In this document: positions 12,584 through 26,054 of the stretch, one piece after another
Position numbering within the stretch: position 1 is the stretch's first letter
Layout of the letters: each line of letters opens with the position of its first letter
DNA from: Selaginella moellendorffii
Lineage: Eukaryota > Plantae > Lycopodiophyta
Length of the DNA: 64,000 bases
Reading direction: 5' to 3'
Assembly: GCF_000143415.4 (NCBI RefSeq)
Contig: NW_003314276.1
Coordinates: 22,105-86,104, forward strand
Translations under genes and position numbers: made by a program
Notes under the pieces: model-generated
Told to the model about the DNA's origin: nothing
Database searches by the model: none
What the model saw: only the letters and a program-made list of their open reading frames with translations

Positions 12584-13731
12584 GGCAGTTTTCAACAAAG
12601 AAGAGAAAAATACATGCAGATCTAAAAATGGTCCTGTCAAATGCTAACAAGCACCTAGGCTTTTCCACCATTGTGTCGAAAGTGAAGGTCGATGTGGTAG
12701 AAGGCCATTTTGAGCGTAGATAAACTCCATTCAACCACGGACACCTCATCAAACAAATTTGAACTGTGCAATAGGAATTTAAAATAAATAAGTTAATCCA
12801 TGCCCTTCCATTGGTTCACATAAGGCTAGTAACTCCAGTTGCAAGCTAGCATATTTCCGTTGGGAAACAATTGGGAATGTCAATTATGATCGAAAGGGTG
12901 GTCTAAATCCAACAGCACCTCTAACAACATGGAGTCCCTACATGGTTATGTTCAATACCATGGACAGTGGCGCTCTTGCCATGGTATGGGGGACGAAGTC
13001 AGCCTCCAACAATGGTATACAAACTATGTATTCCCAATCTGTATCTTTTTCTCCCAAGGGGCTCCAAAACGTCAATACGGACAACGACGCTCCCACATCT
13101 CTGCAACGTGATGTTCATCACCCTGAAGATGAACTGGAGTGTTTCCCTCCACGCGTGAATCCCAGTGGGAGATTCATGTCCATGCACAAGAGTCCAAAGG
13201 AGATGCGGTCCTGGACTGAGGAAAACAAAATTGTTGATTGTGACCTCCCTTCTTGTTTTGTCTGGGCGCCCATGACGGGATCCATATAGATGAGGTGTTG
13301 GTGGTATGTGTATTGCAAGTTCCTAGTCCCAGGGGAAGATTTTGGCTTTGCTCAGGCTCACCAGTAGCCAGCTTTCCAAGGTCTCTTGGTGGTGAAGAAT
13401 GTAGTTGATGGGGCTCGGGCGCATCATTCCGACCACGTCCATAGGACAGTATTGGGAGGAGTGGGAGGTTGAAGGAGATCGCAGAACTGGGCAAGGATAT
13501 CTAGCTGCTTCTGCGTTTCTAGTCCTACGATATCGGACTTGGCTGTGAGCGTGGTAAAATGCTAATTTACATGCTCATATGCGAGGATGTAGACACTTCC
13601 AGAAGATTCCAATCTCAAATCATGCTCACCAACATCAACCGGCAATGGCTGTTTAGAATCTTGAGAACTGCACATCATAGGCAAGTACTTCAAGCTTGGT
13701 GCTCATTATGACAAGCTCATCCGCGTCCAAT

Positions 13732-15640
13732 CACGTCTTCTCAGTTCCTATGCCCCAGAAGATGTCAATTAATACCTCATTACAAGTGTATGTTTAAGTT
13801 TTTTTTAAGCCAAACTTGAAGCATAAGACCGACTTCTCTAAAAAAAATAGGCATACCTCTCTTTCCCTGGAAACGCTTCTCTAACAAAGTAACGGCCTTA
13901 GTCAAACTATTCAATTGGGTCACAACTGCCTAAATAACCATTATTTAAATGCAAGTAGAATATTAAATGTTACATGCCTGAAATGCCTTTTCGTAATCTT
14001 CTTCTCCTGGCTTTAAAACATCAGGTGATGGTTTCTCGGTCTATTAAAATGTCATGTCAGCTCCATGTCTACATTATTATAATTACCTCTTCCTTTTTTA
14101 AGTTTTCTTTCTTCTCGTTAGTGTTAGTTTGAGATTCCCATTCAGATTTCTCAGAATTAGGGTAAGTTATGGTAGTTGCTGCATCATTCTCGTGTAAAGC
14201 ACTAGCTAGAATCCCTGTAAATCAAACTAGGTTATATACTCCCCGAAAACAACCGTACCGGGATATAGGCCACGAGAGGCAGTAAAGTTACTTCTCCAGA
14301 TAACTACCTGTTACTAATTATAAGCGTTCACGTTTTGAAATTCATTACCTGCTCATCAGCGCTTCCTGATGCAAAAAAGTCACCCGATTTGCAAAATTCA
14401 GCGCAATTCGTAGATCCTTCATGACCCTTCAACATATACAAAAGCTGGCCTTCTCTTAAATCCCAAAGCTGCTGCAATTGTAAATTTACAGTAACCAAAG
14501 CCATAGGGTTGTTACCCTTAGTCCACCATCGTCACATGTTGAGAGAAGGTAATCGCCAGAGGGATGGAAGGACACTGTGTTTACAGTTCCTGCGTCAGCA
14601 GCGTAATGTTGAACCAATCTTTTGCTTCTAGTATCCCAAATCTGCTACATTTGAGGCATATTAGTACGTCAACATTTCCAACGTTTCGTGGACACCTGAA
14701 TGCATTCGTCAGTTCCGCAACTTGCAATGCACTTGCCTTCGGGGTGAAACCTAGCTGACCGCACCATCCTTCATTTGTCAAAGTGAATAACATTCTTTGC
14801 TTGATCTACAGATTTCCATACCCGAGTATGTCTATATACTGGTGAATACACTGACGGCTTTCAACATCCCAGAGCCGAATAGTTTTATCATCAGATCCTG
14901 ACACAATTGATCTAAGAGAAACTAATGATAAATTTACACCAGTGACTACTTAACCTGCCATCATTGTTGAACTCTGCAGACCTAACCCAGTTCAGATGCC
15001 CAAGTAAAGCAAATGCAAATTTTTCTGTCTCCACATCCCAGACCTTTCAATGGTTCACAATACGAAACAAAGAAGCCAAAAACAGAAGCTAAAGAATACC
15101 TTCATGCATTTATCATCGGAGGCGCTTAAAAGGTATTCGCCACTTGGATTGAAGGCTATTGATCTAACAGTTCCGGAGTGTCCCTTAATAACAGTAGACT
15201 TTGCATACCTGGAACATGAAATTTACTGTATATATATTTAAAGATGTAAATACTGTATACACTCTTGGAATCCATAAGCGTACAGTCTTATCCTTAGATC
15301 CGGAAGCAACAACAGTGTCTAGAGGAGAGACCGCTACAGAACATATGGGAGCCTGCCAAACATTTCCTGTTCTTACTTCACATTCCCCGTTTTAATAACT
15401 GACCTTGTGTCCTTGTAAACAGTATGGCCTGCGTATTTGCCTTCGAGATTCATGACACGATTGAAGTCCCCACATTAAAACATTGCCGTCTGCACCTCCA
15501 GATACTAGGTGCTTCATGTAAGGCCGAAAGCATATTGAGGAAACTCCAGAAAAATGCATTCTCCCTCCTCTGTGTGCTGGGTAGGAGATCACAAGCGAAG
15601 GGTCCTCACAGTGAGGAGGAATGGCCCTAGTTTCTGCCAT
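13732..15640 (-). CDS. POC1: POC1 centriolar WD40 protein, apparently intact, 12-13 exons
   Basis: Exons 15640-15404, 15352-15261, 15208-15100, 15043-14955, 14911-14822, 14768-14696, 14641-14516, 14468-14349, 14307-14259, 14214-14087, 14040-~13978 and ~13929-13857 splice in frame. The product has an EDPSL N-terminus, seven WD40 repeats (ASGSKDKTVRLW, GHLNWVRSAEF, SFHPSGDYLL, WDLREGQLLYMLKGHEG, ASGSADEQVVIWRSNF) and a C-terminal Poc1 coil (VTQLNSLTKAVTLLEKRF). The stop position is uncertain (about 13780 or 13732). Confidence 0.92.
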
Positions 15641-16379
15641 CTGCCAAGAAGTGAATGTTGAACCTAGAAGGAAATTTTTAAAAGAAATTCATTCTGCAGA
15701 GCAAGAAAACGTATATCCGCCTTCCCATTGGTCCCTGTAATGCTTATGTCATGTCTTCTTCATAATGTAGTGCAGATGTAATGTCTGGAGGATCACCTAA
15801 GACATTTTAATAGCACAAGAGTGAGGAGAAAGGCACTATCTCCGAGTATTTGTTCTAGAAAAGTCGTGCCACTGGAATGTAACAAAAAAAGCATGCATAA
15901 AAAAAAAGAAGCAAACCAAGCATTTTCAGACCAAGCATACCAGAATCAGGTCTATATTTGAGTCTCAAATCGAGCATGCTCACTCACAGGCAGCCATTGC
16001 CAGCAGCACGTGGGATTAACCAGTTTGCTATCTGCTTGCTCAAAAATGGAGTGGACGAGGGAATCAATTTGATCTAAGGTGCTAATTCTTTTCCTGGTTG
16101 CTGACATGTGAAGGGAAGGATTTTAAAGCAGGAACAACCTTCACAAATTATAAAGAATGTTCATGGCTGCTAACTGCCAGGCATCACCTGGTTATGATCT
16201 TGAACAGTGCGTATTAAATCCAAGACTTATATCATTGAGGACTTGATAAATGCATTCTCCATGTGAGTTGCACTTGATTCCTAGGTAGCAATGACTTCTG
16301 ATCATTGACAAGTTGAGATCAATGCCACCGCCACTTAAGAATACTTACTGGTTTGGGAGCACCAAATATCTGCTTCCCT

Positions 16380-16800
16380 AAAGTGAATGGCTAAGCTTGG
16401 ATATCCCAAGCCTTGGGTGCATGTCTTTCTGTGGGGGAAACACTGTGGCTTAATGGCTCGGTATGAGTATCCTGACTCTCCCACCTCCATCCCAAAGGGA
16501 AGGTCGAAGCCCGAGTGAGGACCAATGAGCTACAACGTACTCAAGTGGGGCACCACTCCACTTGAGCTGGGAGTACTACAGTTTGTTTCCCTCCAAGAGT
16601 GGGAGCTACTTTTGAGCATTTCCTTGGGAGGCCTTTTTGTCACCCTCTGAGTTTATGCTCACTCCCACCCATGGACAATAACCCCCAGTCCCAACCTTAA
16701 TTTGGTTTGGAAGCACCATTAAAGAGTTCCTTCAAGATTGAATCTTTAACCTCATTATCCTTACTATACTTTTGGAACCCTCTGCATCCCCTCTCCTGAA
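16380..16800 (-). mobile_element. Diverged fragment of a GypsyA-type LTR
   Basis: The reverse complement aligns by eye to 25320-25730 (e.g. GTACTCAAGTGGGGCACCACTCCAC). Confidence 0.8.
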
Positions 16801-16809
16801 GACTCGACT

Positions 16810-18110
16810 CCCAAAACATGCATCAAGGTAGGGGCTTTTGATTGCATGATATGAAACAAGCAATGAGATGACACCTCATTGTATAGCATCTCCCAAAGAA
16901 GAAGAAATGATTTACATATTTGATCCTTTATCCCCGATGACTCTTTTTTTGGTCTAAAGTTGACTAAACCTTAAGCTTGTGCACTCAGCCTTCAATTCAA
17001 TCCAAGAAAAGTGTCTGAAAGAGTACGGCAATGACCACTTGACCAATAGACTAATTTCTTTAGTTTTGATTGACCACTGACATTCATGCCTAAGAATGAT
17101 CCACTACTACTGTGCTAAATAGTTAAGGACTCACTTATTTGCCACTCATAGCAATGCAAAGAAGATTTACTTTTACCCATAGTAGCATGGAACAACTCAT
17201 GGTAACCACCATAGGCTAACATTAATCTTACCAACTCAAAGTTTAACCTTGAGTTGCTAATGTGCAACACTCATTAGCTAAAGTGCAAACTCGTGCAAAT
17301 GGAATATCTCACATCCATTTTATGAGCCCAAGTGAAAGCTCATATAACCTAGTATAGAAAAGTAACCAAAATCCATACCTAAGGGACATATGTGAAGCCA
17401 TAACACCCAAATGTGTACTCACTATCGTTTTCATCTCTGGGTATGCAATGAGACTAATTGCCTAAATTGATAGTAATCACTAAGACTCATCCTCTAATAC
17501 CAAATCTAGCACACATGGTTTTCTCCCTTTACCCTATAGTGGTTTACCATAGGATAACCATGGAGTGGAAGTTTAACCCTTGCATGTAGGGGGCTAAGGG
17601 CAATAGGGCGGAATCTGAGTTCAAGGCTTTGGGCCACAGAATAAAGGTATAGAACGGAGTCCAACTCTTGAGAATATAGCAAAGGAACATGAGCACAAAG
17701 CAATGTTGGAACAGTCCTAAAATTTTCAATATCCCAATGCCAGAACTAGCATGAAGACAAAGATAAATGGAATTTGGCATCCTATAAGCCTAAGAACAAG
17801 CTTATATAATATGGTACAAAAAGGTAACCAAATCCCCAAAGGAACAAATGTGAAGTCTTAGCACCCAAATGTATACCCACTCGAAAATCGAGTTTTATTG
17901 AGTCTTGGATGTGGTGAATCACTCTTTGATGATGTGTTATTTGAAGCTGAGTATTGTTGAAGGATTGGTCTCAAATACTAAGTATAGTATTTTTGACTTT
18001 GGTTAGTTTAGTTGTCAAAAAGCTTTAAGTGATGATTCTCTTCTTTTGCTTTCTTTTATCTTTGTTTTGGTGTTAATAGTATTGAAGTGATGCCTTGACA
18101 TTGACATTGA
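16810..18110. mobile_element. Family D non-autonomous LTR element fragments (internal region, PBS and LTR end at ~17490-17780 on the minus strand)
   Basis: Similar to 58770-59820 and 33560-33785; PBS reverse complement CTAATACCAAA at ~17494. Confidence 0.75.
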
Positions 18111-20059
18111 AGTCGCTAGTCTTTACTAATCCATGTGGAGAAGCTCTATTTAATCATAGTATTCAATACATTTAAATAATGATAGCATATACCACCTAGG
18201 TGTGCTATACCACCTAGGTGTACTCATCCCCATTTGCCCATGTGTCTACAAAATATCATGAATCTGCCACATGGCCCATCTAGGCAGGCAAATCCAAGGC
18301 TACCCAACTCATTCATTGGCTAGAAAGACCAACCAATTGAGCTGGGAGCCTCGATTCCATGTTGTGTTGCACAAAAGGAATCCCACATAAGAGAGGATGA
18401 AAAAAGGGCACTTAGAGGGGAGGGGACAGCTTGCAACAACCATGTTTCCACTAGCTGGCCACAAGGCATCTTAGAACTACAAAAATGGGGGCTCCAAAGC
18501 ACCAGGCAAGATGCAATTGCCCCCAATTGCCCCACCACATAACCCTTGCAGGAAAGAGACCAACAACACTCCTTTATTAATCAGATCTGCTCAGGGCCAC
18601 TACATTACCACCAAGGCACTTTACTACTCTAGAATTCTCCCTTAAACCCTTTCAATCCTCTCAAGAGAACACTTTGAAGATTTGACCCTCAAGAACACTC
18701 TTAGATTCAAGAATTAGCCAAGAATTAAATGGATTTCTTCATGACATAAGCAAAGTAGCAAGAAAAGACCATTCCTTACACAGGGAGCTGGTGTGAAAAA
18801 GGATGAGACCAAAAGGTCTTTGGAAAAGGGAATAAAGAAGAAAGAGCCTAAAGAAGACTTTAGGATTTCTTCTTTGGCCCAAGGTTGTTGAAAAGCTAAC
18901 ATAGAAAAAGCAAGTGTAGGAGATGGAGTCATCTATTGAGTAGGTGCTAAATATAGGAGTAGGGGAAGCTAGTATCAAGAGGATGTTGGAACAAAGGGAA
19001 TTTGGGATAGAGCAAGAGATTCCCATAGAGCAGCAGGTACAAGGATATTTTACTTCAACATTAGGAGTAGAGGGATATGAGGAGCCAAAAGTGGTAGTGA
19101 ACAGGAGGCTGAGAGGAGATCTCAAGTGGTCAAGTTCAAGATGAAGAAGGAAGTGGTTAGAGAAAAAGGGAAATAGATTCTCTTGATGCAAAGATTCTCA
19201 AGATGCAGTATGAAAAGGAATTTATGAGTCTAGCAAAAGAGATTGGAGGAAGCCAAGTGAAGCTACAATGGCTAGTAGAGAACCTATATGGAGAATGCTA
19301 CAAGGATAAAACAAGTAACATTTTAGCCAAGACAAAGAGGAGAAGTAGAAGCCGACACAGGGATAATTAGCTTCCAAGATAGAAGATTCCATATCTATTA
19401 ATTGGAATGGAATATACAAATTGAGTAGGATTTTGGTGAGGATGCAATTACCATTGCAACCAAGGATGCAATTAGCATTGCATCCTAGGTGGTGGCAAGG
19501 TGGTACAACTATACCATCCAAACTCTAGAAATAGTCAAAGTCATGTTTGATTGATGTGGTGTCTAAGGTGTAATGTGGAGATGCATGAATATTCCCTATG
19601 GGAGGAGAATTTGCACTAGAGGACAGCAGAGATCTGGAGGAAATTAGCAAGAGAGCTAGCTATAAAAAAGAGTGCAATGACAATGAAGGGTTAGGCTGGG
19701 CCTGACCCCCTTTCTAAAGTGTTTAACAGTGTTTTAAGGCATTTACAAGTGTTCTTAGAGAGTTGCAAACCCCAATAAATCTTAGGAGCTAGGAACAAGG
19801 TGCCACCTCTTCTTGGCTAGGAAGAGTCTGCAGTGAGTAGCATTCCTTGAATCTTAGTGTGAGGAGATTGGCAGCTGGAAATTGAGTGTGCATTTGATTG
19901 AGCGGCAAATTGGATCCTCAAATCTCTATTTGGATCACTGTTACTCCCATTAACTTTGTGCTTCTACAGTCTTGGAAGAACTATCACATAGTAGGCCACA
20001 TGGTAGAATATCTGCTAGTGACATGGGCCAATAAGGGGAGTTTGACTGTTCCCCCTTCC

Positions 20060-21460
20060 TTGAGGGGTGAAAGCCCAAAGCGTGTGTCTCCCAAGGGGGG
20101 GTGTGGGGGCGGGATTGTAGGGGTTTCCAAAAGTATAGTGGGGATAGTGTGAGGTCTAGGAACTAGTCTTGAAAGAACTCTCCAGTGGTGCTTCCAAATT
20201 GACTTGAGGTTGAGATTGGGGTTGGGGGGCCTTGGGTGGGAGTGAGCATGGACTTGGGTGGTACACTACTTATAATTCGGTATTCTTTACTGCCATGACG
20301 GCAGGAGGTCAGTATTGCAGGACCTGTTATTAGTTCGCACTTGAGCTAGTTGAGAAACTAGTCATTGACCGTGCATTTAAATGGGATAAACAACAGGTAG
20401 GAACCCTATGTGTTTCTTGCTGAGCATACTCGGCCCGGTTTGAGAAACTCCTATCATTGGCTTGCATTTGCTAATATCAAGAACCCCCGTGATATTGAGA
20501 TTGGTCCCTCAATATTTGCTAGATGATAGCTTACTGTATCTACCAAACATCCTCGCTATCATGCCCTTTGTGTTAGTCTCATTTCAGTCCCAAATATTAT
20601 TTATAGAAAGTGTCTAAATTCGCTCATTTGGCATATCTACGGAATGTAGAGATTGTCCTAAACACAATCGTGTTCGTCCCATGTCTAAATTCGCAATGTA
20701 GCACCATTCCATNNNNNNNNNNNNNNNNNNNNNNNNNNNNNNNNNNNNNNNNNNNNNNNNNNNNNNNNNNNNNNNNNNNNNNNNNNNNNNNNNNNNNNNN
20801 NNNNNNNNNNNNCGCGAACTCTATTTGGCTTTGTTTTGCATGCTAGTCCTGGCATTGGGATGCTGGTTGCTTTAGGACTGTTCCAAGTTGCTTTGGGCTC
20901 CTATACCTTCGCTCTTTGGGCTGTATGCTTAGGAGTTGCTCTGTGGTCCGGTTTTGTCACTCTTTGGCTCCATGCTTGGGAGTTTGGCACCGTTCCTTCA
21001 TTCAGTGGCCCAAGGCCTTGAACCTTGGGTTTCACACCACTGTCCTATGGACACATGGCATATAACACATGGCAAATGGAGGGTTTAGGTTCTGCTTTGT
21101 GGTGTTTTCCTATGGTAAATCACCATAGGATAAAGGGTAAAACCCATGTGCGCTACAATGCCCCACATGAGTACTATACACGTCATTGGTCCTCACCCCT
21201 TCCTATGGGCTTCGGCCTTCCCTTCAAGATGGAATTGGGGGAGTAGGGGCACCCATATCAGGCTGTTAGGCCACGATGTTTCTCTTTGGGGTCCTGAAGC
21301 AAAGTGATGCACTGAAAGCTTGGGATTTAGAGGGTCCTATAATCAAGTTTTATTGTACTAAGGGAGTTTATGAATCTAAAGGTTTGGTGTGCTTGGCTTC
21401 TTGTGCTTGTAGGGAGTGTAGTTAAACCTTAAGTCCACTCATAACCTCCATAATTCCTAT
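20060..21460 (+). mobile_element. GypsyA-type LTR fragment interrupted by a family D LTR (about 20265-21157)
   Basis: 20060-20260 and 21158-21460 match the GypsyA LTR; the middle matches the family D LTR ending GTGCGCTACA at 21157. Confidence 0.75.
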
Positions 21461-21699
21461 TCCTGACTTGGGGATTTAATAGCCCCGTGCAAGCCACTTT
21501 CAATCGAAATCATAATTGGTGGGTTCAAGTGATTCCCATGGATAGATTATCTCCAGCTTTAAAGAAAAGCACCATTATAGAAATCAAAATAGAGTATTTT
21601 CTCTTAGCTTATATACAAGAGTAAGTGGTTCAGATTGAAACCAATCTGACAGTCACTATTGGCTAAATGTAACACTACATTTTATGGATGCTCATGCAG

Positions 21700-23004
21700 A
21701 GAAGAGCGATGTGTAGCAATTTTCCTTGTCTTATTTTATTTCCCAAGGCTACTACAATGAATGGAAAGGCTATGATATCGTTTAAGCCCGGTGCCTTTAT
21801 TCCTGGATTTCCAATACAATCTGTTGTGGTTAAATACCTACACATTCATTTTGATCTATCCTGGTATGTGCATGAAACACCAACTTGATAGCCTCTCATC
21901 CTTTTTCTTCACAGGGGCAAGATCTCTCTGAAAAGCTTGATCCCTCGAATGTTTCTTTAATTTCACAATTTTATGCAGGTTAGATGAATTTTTGTCTAAG
22001 CTTAAGAAACCATTTTTTGGGGAATCAGGTTCATTATCTTCCTGTTATATATCCCTCATCACATGAAAAGTCCCATCCAGTGGATTATGCACAAAGGGTA
22101 AATGTGCTTGAAACTAATACTCATACTTATCATTCTTTTGATTTTCAGGTGAGATATGCAATGGCAAGGAGCCTCAATGTTCCAGAAATAGAACACAGTT
22201 ACAGTGATTTACTCCTTTCTACAAGATTGTTGTTGCTGAAAATGGTATGTCCTTGAAATCTTGTGAGTTTATTTAGTTTGCTCTTTCTTTAGCCTTTTTC
22301 AACCTCATTCACACTTGAAATGACAAAAATGGACACAGTAAGTGATCGGCATCAAGTCCTTTCTTACAGAGTTGTTCTCAGAGATCTTAGGCCTGACCTC
22401 CCAAGTTTTCTCATAGCAACTCCAGCTTACAGATGCCAACACACTCTACTATTTGGAGAAATTCTCAATCATGAATTCATCTTGCAAGTAAATCTATCAA
22501 CATGCTCTTTTCCTGTTCACATAGTCCTCTTCTACTCATGCAGTGAACAATTGATGAGGTTTGAGTTCTTGCAAAGCCTGGGACTTACACATTCTCCATT
22601 CAAAGAGCAGGTAAGAAGTGAAGATCGATATGTCTTAAGAAAATTGGCTACTCACTTCAGAAATTCACAGGCTTTTGCAATGTTTGACAGGAAAAAGCAT
22701 GAATTTGTCACCTTCCAAGAGGTAAGAATTGTCACTACTTGTTTTCTCCCAACACTATCCGATTGATGCAGTTTGTGGCTGCATCAGTATCTTTGTCCAG
22801 AAATGCAAGCTTTTTGAAGCTGCTGGATTTGATGTTTTGCCATGCGGTCCACAAGAACAGTGACGAAATGCTTCTCATAGACAAGGTAAGCTTTTTTATC
22901 TCACAATTTTTCTTTAAATCTTGTGTTCTTTCTTGAAAGGTTGCCACACTTTTGGAGAGGAATTGTGCTGGATCTATAAGCAAGGTGGCTTTCAATGCAA
23001 CTTA
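21700..23004 (+). pseudogene. LPEAT2: Lysophospholipid acyltransferase LPEAT2-like (EF-hand type) pseudogene, 5'-truncated
   Basis: Spliced exons give LILFPKATTMNGKAMISFKPGAFIPGFPIQSVVVKYLHIHFDLSWGKISL..MFL*FHNFMQVHYLPVIYPS..HSYSDLLL..AFAMFDRKKHEFVTFQEF. There is an in-frame TAA at 21958-21960, the FPEGT motif is altered to FPKAT, and the N-terminal exons are replaced by LTR DNA. Confidence 0.88.
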
Positions 23005-23049
23005 AATGTACATTTCTCCAAGTCTCTTAGGGACTAATACAAAAACGAG

Positions 23050-24893
23050 TCACCCTTGGTGCTATTCACTCAACTAGGCCGTCCTGCAATTCTCCACCTA
23101 GTAACAATCGCTGCCCTCCAATCATGGCTATTGTGGTCATCGCCTCCGCAGTGCATCCAGTGCCAAATCGCCATGTCAAGCCTCCTTTGTTACCGTGTCC
23201 AATGGTCTCCATTTCCACTTGACCTCTCCCTCGTGCTCTAGTCCATAGCATGGGGTCCATAGTCGTCGTCAAGCTGTCAGCGCCTCCTTGATTTTTCTGT
23301 GCTCCTGGAGCAGCATATCGCTCAAGCGGATAGCAGCCAGTGTGAGCCTCCACCAATTCGCCATGATTGCTGAAATCCAAGCGCTCTGCCCTTTGAAGTG
23401 GTTGAGGTTCCAAGCCTCCCAGAGTGCCTGTACCCTGAAAGCCCGCCACATCTCCCATCTCTTCTATCCAAGGGCCTCCCACACTGGGGTCCCAATTTCG
23501 GCTCCTACCGCGTCCCATCTAACTTGGATGCCCCATCCTGAACGTCCCCAACAACCAATCTTTCACCACGCTGCTCCTGTGCATGGCTCCCTTGCCTCTG
23601 GGGACCATTGGGTGACGTCCCCTTCTCGAATTTCAAAATCCTACTTGCTCCCTGGTTCCCTCGCCGCCTTTGCTACCTGCCTCCACGTCTCCTTGGCCAC
23701 GTCACATTCCCAAAGGAGGTGTGCGACTGTCTCTAGTTCCTCGCATTCCAAACACCTACGAGCATTCTCTGCTTGAAACCGCTGTCCTACTAGCAGGCCA
23801 TTTATCGCCATGAGCAAGAGGTTACCTTTGATTTTTCCTGGATCAGTAGTTTCTAGAATGCCACAGTGTTGTCAATCACCTGGTCTGCCTCCACTCCTAG
23901 CGCAATCCACTTTTGCCACAGTCTTGGTATTTCTTCTCTCTCGAATTCCCTGTTCACCATCAGTCCATTCTGCGCATCCTTAACCTCATATGTAAAGAAG
24001 CCGTTTGCACCACATCTCCACACTGCTGGATCCTAGTCCAAGTCTTCTATTAGTGCTTTCCTCCACCATACTAAGCATCCATCTCCTTCTAGCCAGTATG
24101 GTGACTCTACCACTTATGTTTGAGTTGCTACTTGTCGCAGAACCTGGATTTGTCCTTTCACTTCATCGTCCGTGACCTGCAGCATCCACTGAGTACCTTT
24201 TGCCTCGAGGAGTGTGTCACCTCGCACTACTCAAAAAGGCCTGCCGAGTTTTTGGTTTGGGTATGTCAAAACCACACCTCTGTCTCCCCCTCTTTCCATG
24301 CTGGAGTAGGCACCATGAAAGCCCGCTTCCACTTTCCAAGTAGCACCTGTTCACCATCCGGCATTTCCTTCCTTTGAATTGCCACAAAGTCCCCAGCGTG
24401 TAACCTTCTTGCTGGCCATTTGTCAAATGTTCTTGCCTCTATCACTGCCCTCAGTAACCTCAACAGGTCCCACTGCACATTCTACCACTTCCCTAGCCCG
24501 AAGACTTGGAAGCGCTGGGAAGCTTTCTATGGATCTGGATCTATTACTCCGACCAGTTGCTTTATTGTCCTGAAGCCTCTTTGATGTACCTACCTCCATA
24601 TGGTGTAGTGGTTCTCCCAGCCTAGTGTTCTGTCCCCTGCTTTGAACAACTTGTTGAAGAACCACTCTACTTGAGGCTCCCTAGTACAGGAGAGCAATGT
24701 GTGCTATCATGGATGCTGAGATTCCTATCCGTCTCATGCATTCCTCCAAAAAGTCCCAATCCACCCGGTCGTATGCCTTCTAAAAATCTAGTAGACACGC
24801 CACTGTGTTCTGTCATGAGGACTTTGCCCACCTTTGGGCCCGGAGGTAGGTCCAAATGTTCTCTGCAATCTGCCTGCCTGGCACAAACCCTAT
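23050..24893 (-). mobile_element. Degenerate L1-like LINE (RT fragment + zf-RVT); continues at 32448-32484 beyond GypsyA
   Basis: GFVPGRQIAENI..ACLLDF*KAYDRVDWDFL (RT) and CLECEELETVAHLLWECDVAKETW (zf-RVT), with an internal deletion near 24665. The right-hand piece supplies PIII*EQ*TG. Confidence 0.9.
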
Positions 24894-26054
24894 TGTAAGG
24901 AACCGACTCCCCGAGATGTCGTAGGCTAAAGGATCCCCAAAAGCTTGACCGAAATGACAAAGAGTTCATCGGATGGGACCAAATCGAGGATCGAGTCCAA
25001 GACCGATTCTAGGACCGAGTTCGAGATAGAGTCCGGAATCGAGTCCAAGACCGACTCGGGGACCGAGTTCGAGTCTGAGTTCGACACCGAGTTCGAGACG
25101 GAGTCCGAGATCCGAAATTGGGTCCGAGACCGAGTCCGAGGTCGAGTCCGAGGTCGGGTCCGAGATCGGGTCCGAGATCGAGTCCAAGATTGAGTCCGAG
25201 ACCGAATCCGAAGTCGGATCTGAAATCGGGTCCGAGATCAAGCTAGAGACTAAGTCCAAATACTAATACGGGTCAAGGGGTGAAAGCCCAAAGCGTGCGT
25301 CTCCCGGGGGGGGGGGGGGGCTGCAGGGGGTTCCAAAAGTATAGTAGGGATAGTGAGGTCCAGGAACTAGTTTTGAAGGGACTCTCCAGTTGGGCTTCCA
25401 AACCGACTTGAGGTTGAGACTGGGACCGAGGGGCCTTGGGTGGGAGTGAGCATGGACTTGGCTGGTGCCGGAGGGGCCATCCAAGGAAGTGCTCAAGAGC
25501 AGCTCCCACTCCCGAAAGGGAAACCGACTGCGGTGCTCCCGGCTCAGGTGGAGTGGTGCCCCACTTGAGTACCTCGTGGCTCATTGGTCCTCGCCCTTCC
25601 GGGGGCTTGGGCCTTCCCTTCGGGATGGAAGAGGGGGGGTAGAGGTACCCATATCGGGCCGTTAGGCCACGGTGTTTCGCCCTGACGTCCCGAAGCAAGT
25701 GCTGCACCCAAGACTTGGGATTTAGAGGGTCCCATGATCAAGTCTTGTGGTACCAAGGGGTGTTAGGAATCTGGAGGCTTGGTGTGCTTGGCTGTTTGTG
25801 CCTGTGGGGAGTGTAGCCGAACCTTAAGTCCAGTCTAACCCGGGGAGGGGGATTGGGAGAGATTTGGGAATCCGTAGATGGATGGCTAACACTCCGTTGC
25901 TCGTGCAGTAAGTAGCTGAAACCAAGTAGGACCAAGTAGGAGCTGGTACCATAGGCGGGAACCTTGGCGAGGGAACTTAGCAAAAGCCAAGGCAGAGTTT
26001 GTCGGATAGACGAGGTAAGCTGGCAAATTGGAAAGGAAAAATTTGTGGTTTACA
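24894..26054 (+). repeat. GypsyA 5' LTR, containing a CCGAGT-type hexamer array at ~24985-25260
   Basis: TG...CA ends; duplicated at 31291-32447. Confidence 0.96.

Noticed and set aside
18180-20050. Purine-rich degenerate stretch with a PPT-like tract near 19600 and a tandem ATACCACCTAGGTGT repeat
   Set aside because: Probably an old LTR element, but I could not define termini or domains.
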